The position numbers and the translations under genes were made by a program. Source: Tepidisphaera sp. (GTDB lineage: Bacteria > Planctomycetota > Phycisphaerae > Phycisphaerales > UBA1924). From it: a stretch of 64,000 nt of DNA. The first letter of the stretch is position 1. Each line of letters begins with the position of its first letter. The notes below the pieces were generated by a model. The model did no database searches. It was not told where the DNA came from and saw only the letters and a list, made by a program, of their open reading frames with translations. The DNA lies in NCBI GenBank assembly GCA_050916045.1, contig CP051526.1, forward strand, positions 3,936,001-4,000,000, given 5' to 3'. Shown here in pieces: positions 12,452 to 22,471 of the stretch.

Positions 12452-13942
12452 TCACGCGATTTCGAGATACCCCTCGCGCATCAACCGCGCAAGAACCGGC
12501 ACCACCGATCGCTCGGCCTGTTCGGGTGTTGTGCCCCACCCCGCGGCCGCCTCGCGGGCAAGTTCGCCGGCTGTCCGAGTTCCGTCGTGCCGGGCCAGGA
12601 ACGACGCCACCTGCGGAGCCACCGCGGACTGAAGCGAGAGGCCATCATTCGCCGTGATGCGTGAGGAAGCCGGCACCCAGGCTCCCCGTTCGGGCTTCAA
12701 CGTCTGTTCAAGCCGCACCGCGCTTGCGAGCTTGAGTTTGAGTCTCAACACCGCGGCGTCGCCGTTCTCGCCGCGAAGGGCGGTCTCGGCGGCGAAGACC
12801 CGGAGGATCTGGTCCGAAGCGCTGTCCATCTCGTCCTGAGGCTTGGGAATGTCCAGGCGGAACCAGTTCGCGGGACCGGAAGCTCGCTTGCGGATGACCA
12901 TCGCGGCCAGGCTCATGGCTTCGGCACCGATGGACTGGTAATAGGCGACCCACTCGCGCATCTTGACCGGGTCGGGCTCGCCGACGCCGCCCTGACCGGT
13001 CAGGATCCAAGCTCGCGCGTACTCCTCGGGGCTGTCGGTGCGAAGTCGAACAAGCCAGACGTCGCAACCTTTCCCGGACACCCACTCCTGCGGCCTTTGC
13101 GCCCAGGTGCCGTCGTCCTTGTGGTGCCAGTTGAAGAGAATGGTCGCCCAACCGCCTTCGTCCAGAATGTCGGCGAAACGTCGCACCAGCCGCTCGGAAA
13201 CCTGATCGCCCGGGAGCCCGCTGTCGCGGAAAATCAGCTCACTGCCGGGCGAGATCACAAACGGCGGGTTTGACGCGATGCTGTCGAACCGCAGCCCCTC
13301 GATGGGTTCGAACAGGCTCCCGCGGCGGAGTTCGACGTTGGTGATCCCGTTAATCGCCATCGTCATTTCGGCGAAATTGAGACACCGATCATTGATGTCC
13401 GTCGCGATCACCCGCTCGCAATGGTCGGAAAGCCGCATGGCCTGGTAACCCGAGCCGCAGCCCATATCCAGCCCGAGCTTTGCCGGCGTGCGGACCGTGA
13501 AATTCGCGACCAGCGCCGTCGAGAGACTGACGGACGGCACGTGATCCACACGCATCTCGCCGCCGACCTCGCGGGGGTCATAGTCGCGGAGTGTCCACCT
13601 GTTCTGCACGGGAAGCAGGCACGCCGTCGCTCGCAGAAGGTCGCCTTGGCGAGCAAGGAGTCCGCACGCGACGAAGCGGTCGACCGTCCCGCCCAGCGCG
13701 GCCCTGAGCCTCGCTTCCGGGATCGGTTCGGTGGTCAGCCAGAGCCTGATCATCACCGACAGGTCCCCGTGGGCCTCGCCGCCGTCCCGGGCGATCGCCC
13801 GGTTCATCGGCACCACATCGCGGCCGACGAGCCCGAGACGGACGAGCGCCTCGCGGTTGTAGCCGGTCGAGTTCAGCGCGTCGATCACGGCGCGATGATC
13901 ACCCAGAGCTTCGGGATTGAACGGGCCCGGGAATGTCGGCAT
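12452..13942 (-). CDS. Class I SAM-dependent methyltransferase (N-methyltransferase type, NPPF motif) with C-terminal winged-helix/PqqD-like segment
   Basis: LDMGCGSG, TDIN, GSLFEP, SNPPFVISP; C-terminus FLARHDGTRTAGEL...LARLMREGYL. Confidence 0.88.
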   Translation of the reverse strand: MPTFPGPFNPEALGDHRAVIDALNSTGYNREALVRLGLVGRDVVPMNRAIARDGGEAHGDLSVMIRLWLTTEPIPEARLRAALGGTVDRFVACGLLARQGDLLRATACLLPVQNRWTLRDYDPREVGGEMRVDHVPSVSLSTALVANFTVRTPAKLGLDMGCGSGYQAMRLSDHCERVIATDINDRCLNFAEMTMAINGITNVELRRGSLFEPIEGLRFDSIASNPPFVISPGSELIFRDSGLPGDQVSERLVRRFADILDEGGWATILFNWHHKDDGTWAQRPQEWVSGKGCDVWLVRLRTDSPEEYARAWILTGQGGVGEPDPVKMREWVAYYQSIGAEAMSLAAMVIRKRASGPANWFRLDIPKPQDEMDSASDQILRVFAAETALRGENGDAAVLRLKLKLASAVRLEQTLKPERGAWVPASSRITANDGLSLQSAVAPQVASFLARHDGTRTAGELAREAAAGWGTTPEQAERSVVPVLARLMREGYLEIA

Positions 13943-13982
13943 GTTCGAGATCCTCCTCGCAACGCGTGTCGCGAGAAGCACT

Positions 13983-15758
13983 CTACGAGGCCGTCCGGCA
14001 CCAAGCGGTCCACGCGGCACGGATCACTCGCTCCATCCGCTCACCCATCGCCGGGCCGTCGCCCAGGGGCGACTTTGCGAAATCGGCGCGGAGCGTGCGG
14101 CGAAGGCGAGTCAGGCGCTCGCGGTCGCGGATGAGCGTGGAAGCGATCCTGACGTATTCGTCGGTTGACCGTGCGATGCAATCCGGAAGGCCGACGCACG
14201 AGAGAATCGAAGCGCCGACACGCCCGGCGTGGGCGGAGCCGCAAAGCGTCACCACCGGCACGCCCATCGTGAGAGCTTCGCAGGTCGTGGTCGTTCCGAC
14301 GTACGGGAACGGATCGATCGCGACGTCGACCCGTCGGTACAGAGCCAGGTGCTCCTCCTGCGACGGGATGTGAGCGAGCAACTCGATCCGGGCGGGATCG
14401 ACGTTCCGAGCGGAGAATGCGGCGAGGATCCGCTGGCGGACGGACGCGCCGCCGAGCGAGCGGGCTTTGAGGATCAGCTTTGCTTCCGGGACTGCCAAGA
14501 GCAGCTTGGCCCACGCATCGGCGACGGCGTCGTTGAACTTGGAGATGACGTTGAAGGAGGCGAAGGTGAGCGGGCCGGGCTCGCGTGGCGGTGCTTCGTC
14601 GGACCAGGGTTCGCCGCGAATCTGGGAAGCGGACCGGTAGCAGAGAAAGATCGGATCGATGCGGTAGCTTGTCTCGCCGGGCACGAGCGGGGGCTCACTC
14701 ACCGGATCGGAGATCGAATCGACGAGGCGTCCGTTGATGGCGGGGATACCCGTGGTGTTCGGATAGCCGAGGTAAGAAAACTGGACCGGTGCGGGCCTGA
14801 GCGTCATCGCTCCCAGGCTGTTGCCCTGCGTGAGTCCCGAAAGCTCGATCGCGACGTCGATGCGTGCTTCGCGGATGCGGAGACCGACCTCGCGGTCGGT
14901 GTCGAGGTTGAGATCGATCCACTCGTCGCAAAGCGACTTGAGAACGGGCGTCATCCAGTCGGCTTTGAAAACACGGGAGAGCCCAACGACCTGGACGCGG
15001 TCGCGGGGGAGATGCCGCAGGACGGGCTCGATGAAGTACGCGACGGAGTGCTGCTTGAAATCGGCCGAGATGAACCCGACGCGGAGCTTGCGGCCGGGGT
15101 CCCTGGAGTTCGGAGGCGGCGGGAGGGGCGGCACGGCCTGGGTCATGAGTTCGCCGAATCGTGCGTGGACCGCCGCGACCTCTTCGCGCCGGACGCCGTG
15201 GGTGTAGTTCAGCAGATTGGCGAGACATGCGATGACGAACGGGTGATACGCGTGCTGGTCCGCGCATGCTTCGGCGATGCGTCGAGCTTCGGCGGCGCGT
15301 GCGGTTTCGACGAGGATGTTCGCGAGGTTGACAGGGGCTTCGACCAGTTCCGGACGCAGGGCCCATGCTTCGCGAAGAAGTCGCTCGGCGTCCTCGTAGT
15401 CGAACGCCATGAGACGGATGTTTGCGAGATTCTGCCGGGAGGAATAGAGCTTGGGGTCAAGGGCGATGGCTTTGACGAAGCACTTCTCGGCTTGCGGAAA
15501 CTTGGCGAGGTGGGCGTAGACCTCGCCGAGCAGGCCGTGGTAGAGCCCTCGCGACGGGAGCAGGGTCACCGCACGCTCGGCGAAGAACTCGGCTTCGGCG
15601 GGCCTCCCCGCTTGGAGGAGCACCCCCGCCGAGTTGTAGTTGAGCTCGGGATCCTGGGGCGACCGGCGCAGCGCGAAGCGGAGCGTTTCGATGGCTTTGG
15701 CGGCCGCGCCCTCGGAGAGGAGCTTGCGCGCCGCGGCGATAGCGGGATGATCGGCCAT
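13983..15758 (-). CDS. TPR-containing O-GlcNAc transferase-like protein (SPINDLY/GT41 family)
   Basis: N-terminal TPRs; LRVGFISADFKQHSVAYF; RPAPVQFSYLGYPNTTG; DPFPYVGTTTTCEALTMGVPVVT. Confidence 0.92.
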   Translation of the reverse strand: MADHPAIAAARKLLSEGAAAKAIETLRFALRRSPQDPELNYNSAGVLLQAGRPAEAEFFAERAVTLLPSRGLYHGLLGEVYAHLAKFPQAEKCFVKAIALDPKLYSSRQNLANIRLMAFDYEDAERLLREAWALRPELVEAPVNLANILVETARAAEARRIAEACADQHAYHPFVIACLANLLNYTHGVRREEVAAVHARFGELMTQAVPPLPPPPNSRDPGRKLRVGFISADFKQHSVAYFIEPVLRHLPRDRVQVVGLSRVFKADWMTPVLKSLCDEWIDLNLDTDREVGLRIREARIDVAIELSGLTQGNSLGAMTLRPAPVQFSYLGYPNTTGIPAINGRLVDSISDPVSEPPLVPGETSYRIDPIFLCYRSASQIRGEPWSDEAPPREPGPLTFASFNVISKFNDAVADAWAKLLLAVPEAKLILKARSLGGASVRQRILAAFSARNVDPARIELLAHIPSQEEHLALYRRVDVAIDPFPYVGTTTTCEALTMGVPVVTLCGSAHAGRVGASILSCVGLPDCIARSTDEYVRIASTLIRDRERLTRLRRTLRADFAKSPLGDGPAMGERMERVIRAAWTAWCRTAS

Positions 15759-15759
15759 A

Positions 15760-16992
15760 TCAGCGTGACTCCAGCCGCGAAGCCGCGGGTGATCTGTTCA
15801 AGGAATGCCGGACGGACTTCCTGGCTTCGGTTTCGGCGCGGCGCACGTCGTCGAGGGATCCAAGCGGGCTGACCCCGACCTCGGCCATCGCTCGAGAGAC
15901 GAACTCAGGGATCTCTCCGAAGCAGCAGTTGCCCGCGAGGTACGCGCCGACGGCCTCCTCGTTGGCGGCGTTCAGGATCGCGCCGGCGGTGCCGCCGAGG
16001 CGGAGCGTCTCCTGAGCGAGGCCGAACGCCGGATAGCGGCGAGGATCCACGGGTTCGAACGTAAGCGAGCCCATCGAGAGCAGGTCCAGCTTGCGCCCCA
16101 CGCCGGTCGAACGGTCGGGCCACGACAAAGCGACCTGGATCGGCACCCGCATATCCGCCGCGCCCATCTGGGCAACCACGCTTCCGTCGTCGTGCTCGAC
16201 CCACGCGTGCACGACAGACTGCGGATGGACCACGGCGCCGAGGCGATCGGCGGGCAGGCCGAAAAGCCAGCTCGCCTCGATAATCTCCAGGGCTTTGTTC
16301 ATCAGCGAAGCCGAATCGATGGTCACCTTGGGACCCATGCGCCACGTGGGGTGCCGCAGCGCCTCCGCGACCGGCATCGTGCGAAGCGATTCGATGGGCT
16401 TCTCGCGGAACGGTCCGCCGGAAGCGGTCAGCACCAATCGGCGAACACTGGCGGGCGCGTCAAACGGCGGACACCGTTCCAGACCGATCGCTTGCCAGGC
16501 TCCCGAATGCTCACTGTCGACCGGAAGCAGCCTGGACCCCGACCGCCGCGCGGCCGAGACCGCGAGCTCTCCCGCCGCGACGAGCGTTTCCTTGTTCGCA
16601 AGCGCGATATCGCGCCCGGCTTCGATCGCGGCAAGCGTCGGAGCCAAACCCGCCGATCCGACGATCGCCGCGACGACCAAATCGCACGGCGTCTCGCGGA
16701 TCAGCCGTTCCGCGGCGTCGGGGCCGCGGAGCATCCCCGAGGGACCCGCGCCCGAAGCCACCGCAACCGCGCCGACGCCGAACTGCGACGCTTGCGACGC
16801 GACGAGGTCCGCGTTGGCGCCGGCAGCCAGGCCGACGATGCGGTACGAGCGCGGATGCTTCCCACAACCGTGAAGCTGGTTGAGGTGGGCGATGGTCTCA
16901 AGCGTCTGGGTCCCGATCGAGCCGGTAGACCCGAGCACGATGACGCGCACGGGTTCTCGGGCTTCATCGCGTTGTCGCGTCGTGTCGGGCAT
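15760..16992 (-). CDS. dxr: 1-deoxy-D-xylulose-5-phosphate reductoisomerase
   Basis: LGSTGSIGTQTL, LANKETLV, LPVDSEHS, LTASGGPFR, HPTWRMGPKVTIDSA, LNAANE. Confidence 0.97.
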   Translation of the reverse strand: MPDTTRQRDEAREPVRVIVLGSTGSIGTQTLETIAHLNQLHGCGKHPRSYRIVGLAAGANADLVASQASQFGVGAVAVASGAGPSGMLRGPDAAERLIRETPCDLVVAAIVGSAGLAPTLAAIEAGRDIALANKETLVAAGELAVSAARRSGSRLLPVDSEHSGAWQAIGLERCPPFDAPASVRRLVLTASGGPFREKPIESLRTMPVAEALRHPTWRMGPKVTIDSASLMNKALEIIEASWLFGLPADRLGAVVHPQSVVHAWVEHDDGSVVAQMGAADMRVPIQVALSWPDRSTGVGRKLDLLSMGSLTFEPVDPRRYPAFGLAQETLRLGGTAGAILNAANEEAVGAYLAGNCCFGEIPEFVSRAMAEVGVSPLGSLDDVRRAETEARKSVRHSLNRSPAASRLESR

Positions 16993-17082
16993 GAAGGACC
17001 ATCGGGAAAGCGAGCGGGACAGGAACGGGCCCGTCGCGGCGGAAACACGGGTCCGCGCTGTCGCACGGGCCCGAGTCGTAGA

Positions 17083-19890
17083 TTACTCCGGCTTGGGACG
17101 CTTGTTCATTTCGGCCGGCGTCAATTTGCGTCGGTTGTGGTAGAGCGGACGGATCGCCGGCTTGGCCGGTTCGGGAGCGGGCGCCGGGGGGGGCGGCGGC
17201 TTGGGCGTGCCGCTTGTCTGACCGCCCGGTCCGGAATCGCGTCCGCGATCGCCTCCACCGCGTCCGCGGCGGCGACCTCCACGGCCACCGTCTCGCCCGC
17301 CTTCACGTCCGCCTTCACGGGGGCCGTCGCGGGGTGGCTGGTTGTTCTCGCGTCGTTCATCCCCGCGGGGCGGGGTCACGGGCTTGGGCGTCGGAACTTC
17401 AGCGACAGAGTCCGGCTGAGCGCTCGCGGGAGCCGCGCCGGGAGCATTCCCGCCTGCACCCCCACCACCGCCGCGCCCGCGACGGCGACGGCGACGACGG
17501 CGTCGGCCGCCCTCACCGGGCTGCCCTTCGCCCGGCTGTGCGGGCATGCCTTCACCCTGAGGCTGATCGCCCGCGGATCCCTCGTCGGACTGGTCGAACC
17601 CGCCATCTTCCGGAGGTTCGGCGTCGGACACGCCCTCGCCGGGGAAGTCGGCGACGGGTTCATCCCCGTGATCGCCCATCGAGGAGACGATCGCTTTCGG
17701 ATTGGCATCGCCGCGCGGCCCGGCGGGACGCTGAGCGTGGCCGGAGTGATGCTGGTGCTGACCGGGAGCGGCCTGCGGCGGGTTGATTCCGTCAACGACC
17801 GCGGCGCTGCCCTCCGCACCCTGGTTGGGAGCGGCTCCGTTCGCGCCGGCGGCTCCGCCACCGCGTCCACCGCGGCGGCGACGACGGCGTCGACGGCGGC
17901 CGCCCTCGCCTTGCTCGCCCTCGCGCGGCTGTCCATCGGCGGGAGCCGCGGCTTCGCTCGTCCCGGCTTCGGGAGCGGGTGCGGGTGCCGCGGCGCGCGG
18001 CTGAGGCGGCAGGGCGGCGGGTTTTGGGGGCGGGGGCTGAGCGCCGCTGCGCTGATTCCCGCCCCGGCCCCGGCCGCGTCCGCGGCCCCGACCGCGTCGA
18101 CGGCCTTCACCGTCGAGGTTGGCGGAGATGGGCGTGCCGTCGTCGGCGTCGGGGGTGTCGATCTCGATGGGGTGCGGCTCGGCGTCGGAGGGTTCGCGGT
18201 CCATCGCCCGTTCGGCTTCGGCTTCCGCGGCTTCGGCGGCGGAGCGCTCGGCGGCGGGGTCTGCGGACCATTCGTCATCCTCTTCGGGGCCGGTGATCTC
18301 CCAGACCTTGAGGTCGGTGGGCTTCTTGGGCGCGGGGAGGCGTTCAAGGTCGATGTCGGCGCCGGCGGGGTCGTAAGCGTAGAAGCTAATGCGGTCGGGC
18401 GGGATGTCCTCGCTCACGCGCACATCCACGTGCTTGCCGCTTTCGCGCTCGATGCGGCCAAGGAGGCGTCGCTTGTTGGAGAGGAGCTCGCCGGCGACGC
18501 GCGGGGCGACGACCATCTCGACCTTTCCGATGCGCTCGTAATCGAGGATGGCGGCGAGTTCGCGGAGAGACTCGCTGGCGACGCTGTCGGGCTTCTGGAC
18601 CAGACCGCGGCCGCGGCAGGTCGGGCAGTCCGAGAAGTGGATCTGCTCGTGGCTTGAGCGCATGCGCTGCCGGGTCATCTCGAGAATGCCAAAGGGCGAG
18701 ATGGCGGCGACGGTGGTCTTGGCCCTGTCGCGCTTGAGGCGTTCGCGGAACTGGTTCTCGATATCCTTGCGGTGGCTTGCCGACCGCATGTCGATGAGGT
18801 CGTTGACGACGATGCCGCCCAGGTCTCGGAGGCGGAGCTGGCGACAGATCTCGTCGACGGCTTCGAGATTGGTTTTGTAAGCGTTGTCCTCGGCGTCGCG
18901 GGCGTCGCGGCTTTTGCCGGAGTTGACGTCGATGGCGACGAGGGCTTCGGTCTGGTCGATGACCAAGCGGCCGCCGGAGGGAAGCGGGACCTCGCGGGCG
19001 TGGATGAGGGCGATCTGGCGCTCGATGCCGAAAGCGTGGAAGATCGGGGTCTTGCCCGGGGCGTGCATGAGCTTGGTCTTCGTGCGCGGCGAGACGATCT
19101 TCATGAATCGCTCGGCGCGGGTGAGAGCCTGCTCGTTGTCGATGATGACCTCATCGGTCTCGCTGGTCAGGACGTCACGCAGGCAGCGGACGAGGAGGTC
19201 GCTTTCGGAGTAGAGCAGACGCGCTTTGCCGCCGGCTTTGCGGCGACGCTCCATGTCCTTCCAGAGGCGCTGGAGGTACGCGAGGTCGCGCTTGAGCTCG
19301 AGCTTGCTGCGGTCCATGCCGGCGGTGCGGAGGATGAACCCGAAGCCTTCGGGAAGGTCGAGCTGGTCGAGGATCTCGCGCATCTTGCGGCGGAGGTCCT
19401 CATCCTCGACCTTTCGCGACACGCCGACCTTGTCCATCTGCGGCATCATGACGAGGAACCGGCCGGGGATGGACAGGTAGCTGGTGAGCGTCGGCCCCTT
19501 GGTGCCCACGCCCTCCTTGAGGACCTGAACGATGACCTCGTCCCCCTTGCGGAGACAGGCCTGGATGGGCGGCCGCTCGCGGCGCGGGGTCTTGTGGCCG
19601 ACCTGCTCGGTCGCTTCGCCGTCCTCGCCGGGGAAGTACCGCGGGTGGAGGTCGGAGATGTGGAGGAAGCCGTTCTCCTCGAGACCGAAGTCGACGAACG
19701 CGGCCTGGATGGAGGCTTCGACGTTGTTGACGCGGCCGACGTAGATGTTTCCGACGCGGCTTGCGGAAGCGAAGCGTTCCGCGTGGAGTTCCTCGAGTTT
19801 GCCGTCCTCGACGATGGCGACCCGGCACTCTTCGCCGGGAACGTAGTTGATGACCATCTGGTGCTTGGACTGATTCGCGCTGGCGCCCAT
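17083..19890 (-). CDS. rne: Ribonuclease E/G family with long disordered C-terminal region
   Basis: GNIYVGRV, AAFVDFG, GFLHISD, LVAIDVNSG, LRDLGGIVVNDLIDM, CPTCRGRG; GAAGGAG before ATG 19890; low-complexity tail of about 400 aa. Confidence 0.93.
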   Translation of the reverse strand: MGASANQSKHQMVINYVPGEECRVAIVEDGKLEELHAERFASASRVGNIYVGRVNNVEASIQAAFVDFGLEENGFLHISDLHPRYFPGEDGEATEQVGHKTPRRERPPIQACLRKGDEVIVQVLKEGVGTKGPTLTSYLSIPGRFLVMMPQMDKVGVSRKVEDEDLRRKMREILDQLDLPEGFGFILRTAGMDRSKLELKRDLAYLQRLWKDMERRRKAGGKARLLYSESDLLVRCLRDVLTSETDEVIIDNEQALTRAERFMKIVSPRTKTKLMHAPGKTPIFHAFGIERQIALIHAREVPLPSGGRLVIDQTEALVAIDVNSGKSRDARDAEDNAYKTNLEAVDEICRQLRLRDLGGIVVNDLIDMRSASHRKDIENQFRERLKRDRAKTTVAAISPFGILEMTRQRMRSSHEQIHFSDCPTCRGRGLVQKPDSVASESLRELAAILDYERIGKVEMVVAPRVAGELLSNKRRLLGRIERESGKHVDVRVSEDIPPDRISFYAYDPAGADIDLERLPAPKKPTDLKVWEITGPEEDDEWSADPAAERSAAEAAEAEAERAMDREPSDAEPHPIEIDTPDADDGTPISANLDGEGRRRGRGRGRGRGRGGNQRSGAQPPPPKPAALPPQPRAAAPAPAPEAGTSEAAAPADGQPREGEQGEGGRRRRRRRRRGGRGGGAAGANGAAPNQGAEGSAAVVDGINPPQAAPGQHQHHSGHAQRPAGPRGDANPKAIVSSMGDHGDEPVADFPGEGVSDAEPPEDGGFDQSDEGSAGDQPQGEGMPAQPGEGQPGEGGRRRRRRRRRGRGGGGGAGGNAPGAAPASAQPDSVAEVPTPKPVTPPRGDERRENNQPPRDGPREGGREGGRDGGRGGRRRGRGGGDRGRDSGPGGQTSGTPKPPPPPAPAPEPAKPAIRPLYHNRRKLTPAEMNKRPKPE

Positions 19891-20186
19891 GTGACGCGCT
19901 CCTTCATGAGCGCGGGCTCGCCGTCGAATGAGCACAGATCGGGTCACAAACCTCCGCGGCCCACGAGCCCGGCGCGGCCGGTGCTCTCAACTTGGCCCGG
20001 ACACTCGCCGGGCCGCCGCGGATTCCGCCGGAGTCCGTCGCGGGGGAGCCGCTCGGTCTCGGGCCTTCGATCCTGGGGGGCGGGACGCGATTCCTCGCGT
20101 TCTTCCTGCCCCTCCTTGATCGGAGTGGTTCGTTCGTCCGGTCCGGTGCGTGTCGCGCCGTCCCGCGTTTTTCGTTCCCGTCAGCT

Positions 20187-22010
20187 TCAGGCGGTCCGTC
20201 CGTCGAACGCCTCGGGGATGATCTTTCGAGCCTGATCGCGGAGGTAACCCGCGATCGCCTGCTCGGAATCGAACGCCATCGCCTGTCGGGCGATCCGCTC
20301 GCACTGCTCCACCTTCACGCTCCGCACCAGACGCTTGAGCGACGGGATCGCGGAACTCGACACCGAGAGCGTACGCAACCCTAACCCCAGGAGCAAGAGG
20401 GCAAACTCTAGATCGGCCGCCGACTCCCCGCAGCATGAAACAGGGATCTTCCGGCGGCGGGCCATCCGGGTCACGTCCCGAATCAGCCTCAAAACGGCCG
20501 GGTGCATCGGCGTGTACAGGTCCGCAATCCGCTCGTTGGTCCGGTCCACCGCAAGCGTGTACTGCACCAGGTCGTTGGTCCCGATCGAGAAGAAATCGAC
20601 CTCCCGGGCGAAAGCGTCCGCCATCAGGGCCGCCGAGGGCACCTCCACCATCATCCCCACCTGGATCTTCTCATCGAAGGGGATCGAGTCCTCGGCGAGG
20701 TCCTCCATCACGTCGTTGAGCAGGTGCCTCGCACGCCGAAGCTCGGAAAGCGATGTCACCAGCGGGAACATGACTTTGATGGGCCCCAGCGCCGAAGCGC
20801 GAAGCAGCGCACGGAGCTGAAGCCTGAACATCGGCAGGTTGCGCAGGCAGTACCGGATCGATCGGTTGCCCAGGAACGGATTCCGCTCCGGCGTGTCCTG
20901 GCGCGACTGGGTCATCTTGTCCGCCCCAAGATCGACCGTGCGGATCGTGAGCGGCCTGCCCTTGAGAGCCTCGACGGCTTTCTTGTACGCTTGGAAATGG
21001 TCGCGCTCCGTCGGCTCCGCCTGATTCATCAGGTACAGGTACTCGGTGCGGTAAAGGCCCACTCCGGTGCCGCCCATGGAAAGCACTTCGGCGGCCTGCT
21101 CGGGGAACTCGATATTGCCGACAAGCTCGATCTCGGTGCCGTCGGCGGTCTTGCTGGGGAGGTTGCTCAGGTCGCTGAGCGAAAGCTGGAACAGGCGTCG
21201 CTGCTCGATCCTCGCTTTGTACTGCGTCAGCGTGGCGGCGTCGGGATTGACGATCACCATCCCGTGATCGCCGTCGAGGATCGCCGTGGCGCCCTCCGTC
21301 GCCGCTCGCACCAGATCCTGACATCCGACGACGGCGGGGATGTTGAGGGCGCGAGCGACGATCGCGGTGTGGCTGGTGCGCCCTCCGAGGTCGGTCGCGA
21401 ACCCAAGGATCTTCTTGCGGTCAAGACCGGCGGTCAGGGACGGGGTCAGGTCGCTCGCGACCACGATCGTGTCCTTGTCCGCTTTGGCAAGCCTGCTTTC
21501 CTTGCGGCCCGAGAGGTGACCGAGCAAACGGTTGGCGAGGTCGTCGATGTCGTTGACCTTGGTGGTGAAAGCGGACTCGCGCGAGTGCCGGAACTTCTCG
21601 GCGAGCTGGCCGAGCACCTGACTCACGGCGTACTCGGCGGTGACCTCTTCGCTCTCGATCATCGACTTGACGGGCGCGGTGAAGGTGCGCCGGTCGGACA
21701 TCATGGCGATGTGCACGAGGAAGATCTTGGCCGCTTCCTCGCCCATCTCCTTGCGGGCCGACTCGAACACGGCTTGAAGCTCGGTGGTGGAGTCCTTGAC
21801 GGCGCGTTCGAAGCGAGCGATCTCCGCGGGCACGGCGGCCGCCGAGACCTGGCGCTTGGTGATTCGGTGGATATCGTCTTCGAGCAGGAGGACCCGGCCG
21901 ATCACGATACCGGGGGAGACGGCCAGGCCGCGGTGGCTGCTGAGAGGCGCCTGGGGGGCTTGGGCGGCCTGGACGGCGGTGGGAGTCGGCTTGGAAGGTG
22001 ATTTCGCCAA
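20187..22010 (-). CDS. ptsI: Phosphoenolpyruvate-protein phosphotransferase (PTS enzyme I)
   Basis: GLAVSPG, GGRTSHTAIVAR, GVGLYRTEY, ERNPFLGNRSIR, FFSIGTNDLVQY, CGE. TTG start. Confidence 0.96.
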   Translation of the reverse strand: MAKSPSKPTPTAVQAAQAPQAPLSSHRGLAVSPGIVIGRVLLLEDDIHRITKRQVSAAAVPAEIARFERAVKDSTTELQAVFESARKEMGEEAAKIFLVHIAMMSDRRTFTAPVKSMIESEEVTAEYAVSQVLGQLAEKFRHSRESAFTTKVNDIDDLANRLLGHLSGRKESRLAKADKDTIVVASDLTPSLTAGLDRKKILGFATDLGGRTSHTAIVARALNIPAVVGCQDLVRAATEGATAILDGDHGMVIVNPDAATLTQYKARIEQRRLFQLSLSDLSNLPSKTADGTEIELVGNIEFPEQAAEVLSMGGTGVGLYRTEYLYLMNQAEPTERDHFQAYKKAVEALKGRPLTIRTVDLGADKMTQSRQDTPERNPFLGNRSIRYCLRNLPMFRLQLRALLRASALGPIKVMFPLVTSLSELRRARHLLNDVMEDLAEDSIPFDEKIQVGMMVEVPSAALMADAFAREVDFFSIGTNDLVQYTLAVDRTNERIADLYTPMHPAVLRLIRDVTRMARRRKIPVSCCGESAADLEFALLLLGLGLRTLSVSSSAIPSLKRLVRSVKVEQCERIARQAMAFDSEQAIAGYLRDQARKIIPEAFDGRTA

Positions 22011-22471
22011 GGACGGAGTTTAACGGCGCGGATGGCCGGTGTCGCCCTCAACGATTTTCGGATTTTGCTTGACTTTCGACTGGAACCGTGTTCTGATTAT
22101 GCCGAAGATTCCCTTGGGGCGGCTCCGTCCGGGGCCTGACGCGGGTTTCGCGACCAACTCAGAACGGTCTGTGGATGCGGAACGTGACGCTGTCACGGGC
22201 TTGGGCGGGCTTTCAAGGGTTTCGGCGCGTTCCACGCGGGGCGCCGGTGTTGATGGGCGGTGTCGGCGGGGCTTTGGTCCATGATGGCGATGTGGATGGG
22301 CGTAAACGCTCCTCCCACGCTTTGAGTCTTTGCGTTCGTGCTGAAAGCCCAAACGTCGGCCTGGTCGCTTTGTCGCGACCATGACTCTGTTCGACGTGGG
22401 CGCCCTCGATCATGTGCTCGATCAAGAGTGCGTTCGGCGCACGCGTGCGTGATCTGGCAAGGAGGTCGGCA

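Noticed and set aside
15805..20235. Long plus-strand ORFs (950 aa and 487 aa)
   Set aside because: Antisense to dxr and rne; typical stop-poor shadow frames of high-GC DNA with no recognisable motifs.
20187..22010. Functional link between ptsI and ppdK (same PEP-utilising family)
   Set aside because: They are 18 kb apart in separate transcription units, with no HPr or EII genes nearby.
22020..22471. Frameshifted Rho N-terminal domain upstream of the rho homologue
   Set aside because: The plus-strand translations I could read show no OB-fold or Rho_N-like sequence, and a strong AAGGAGG precedes GTG 22472.
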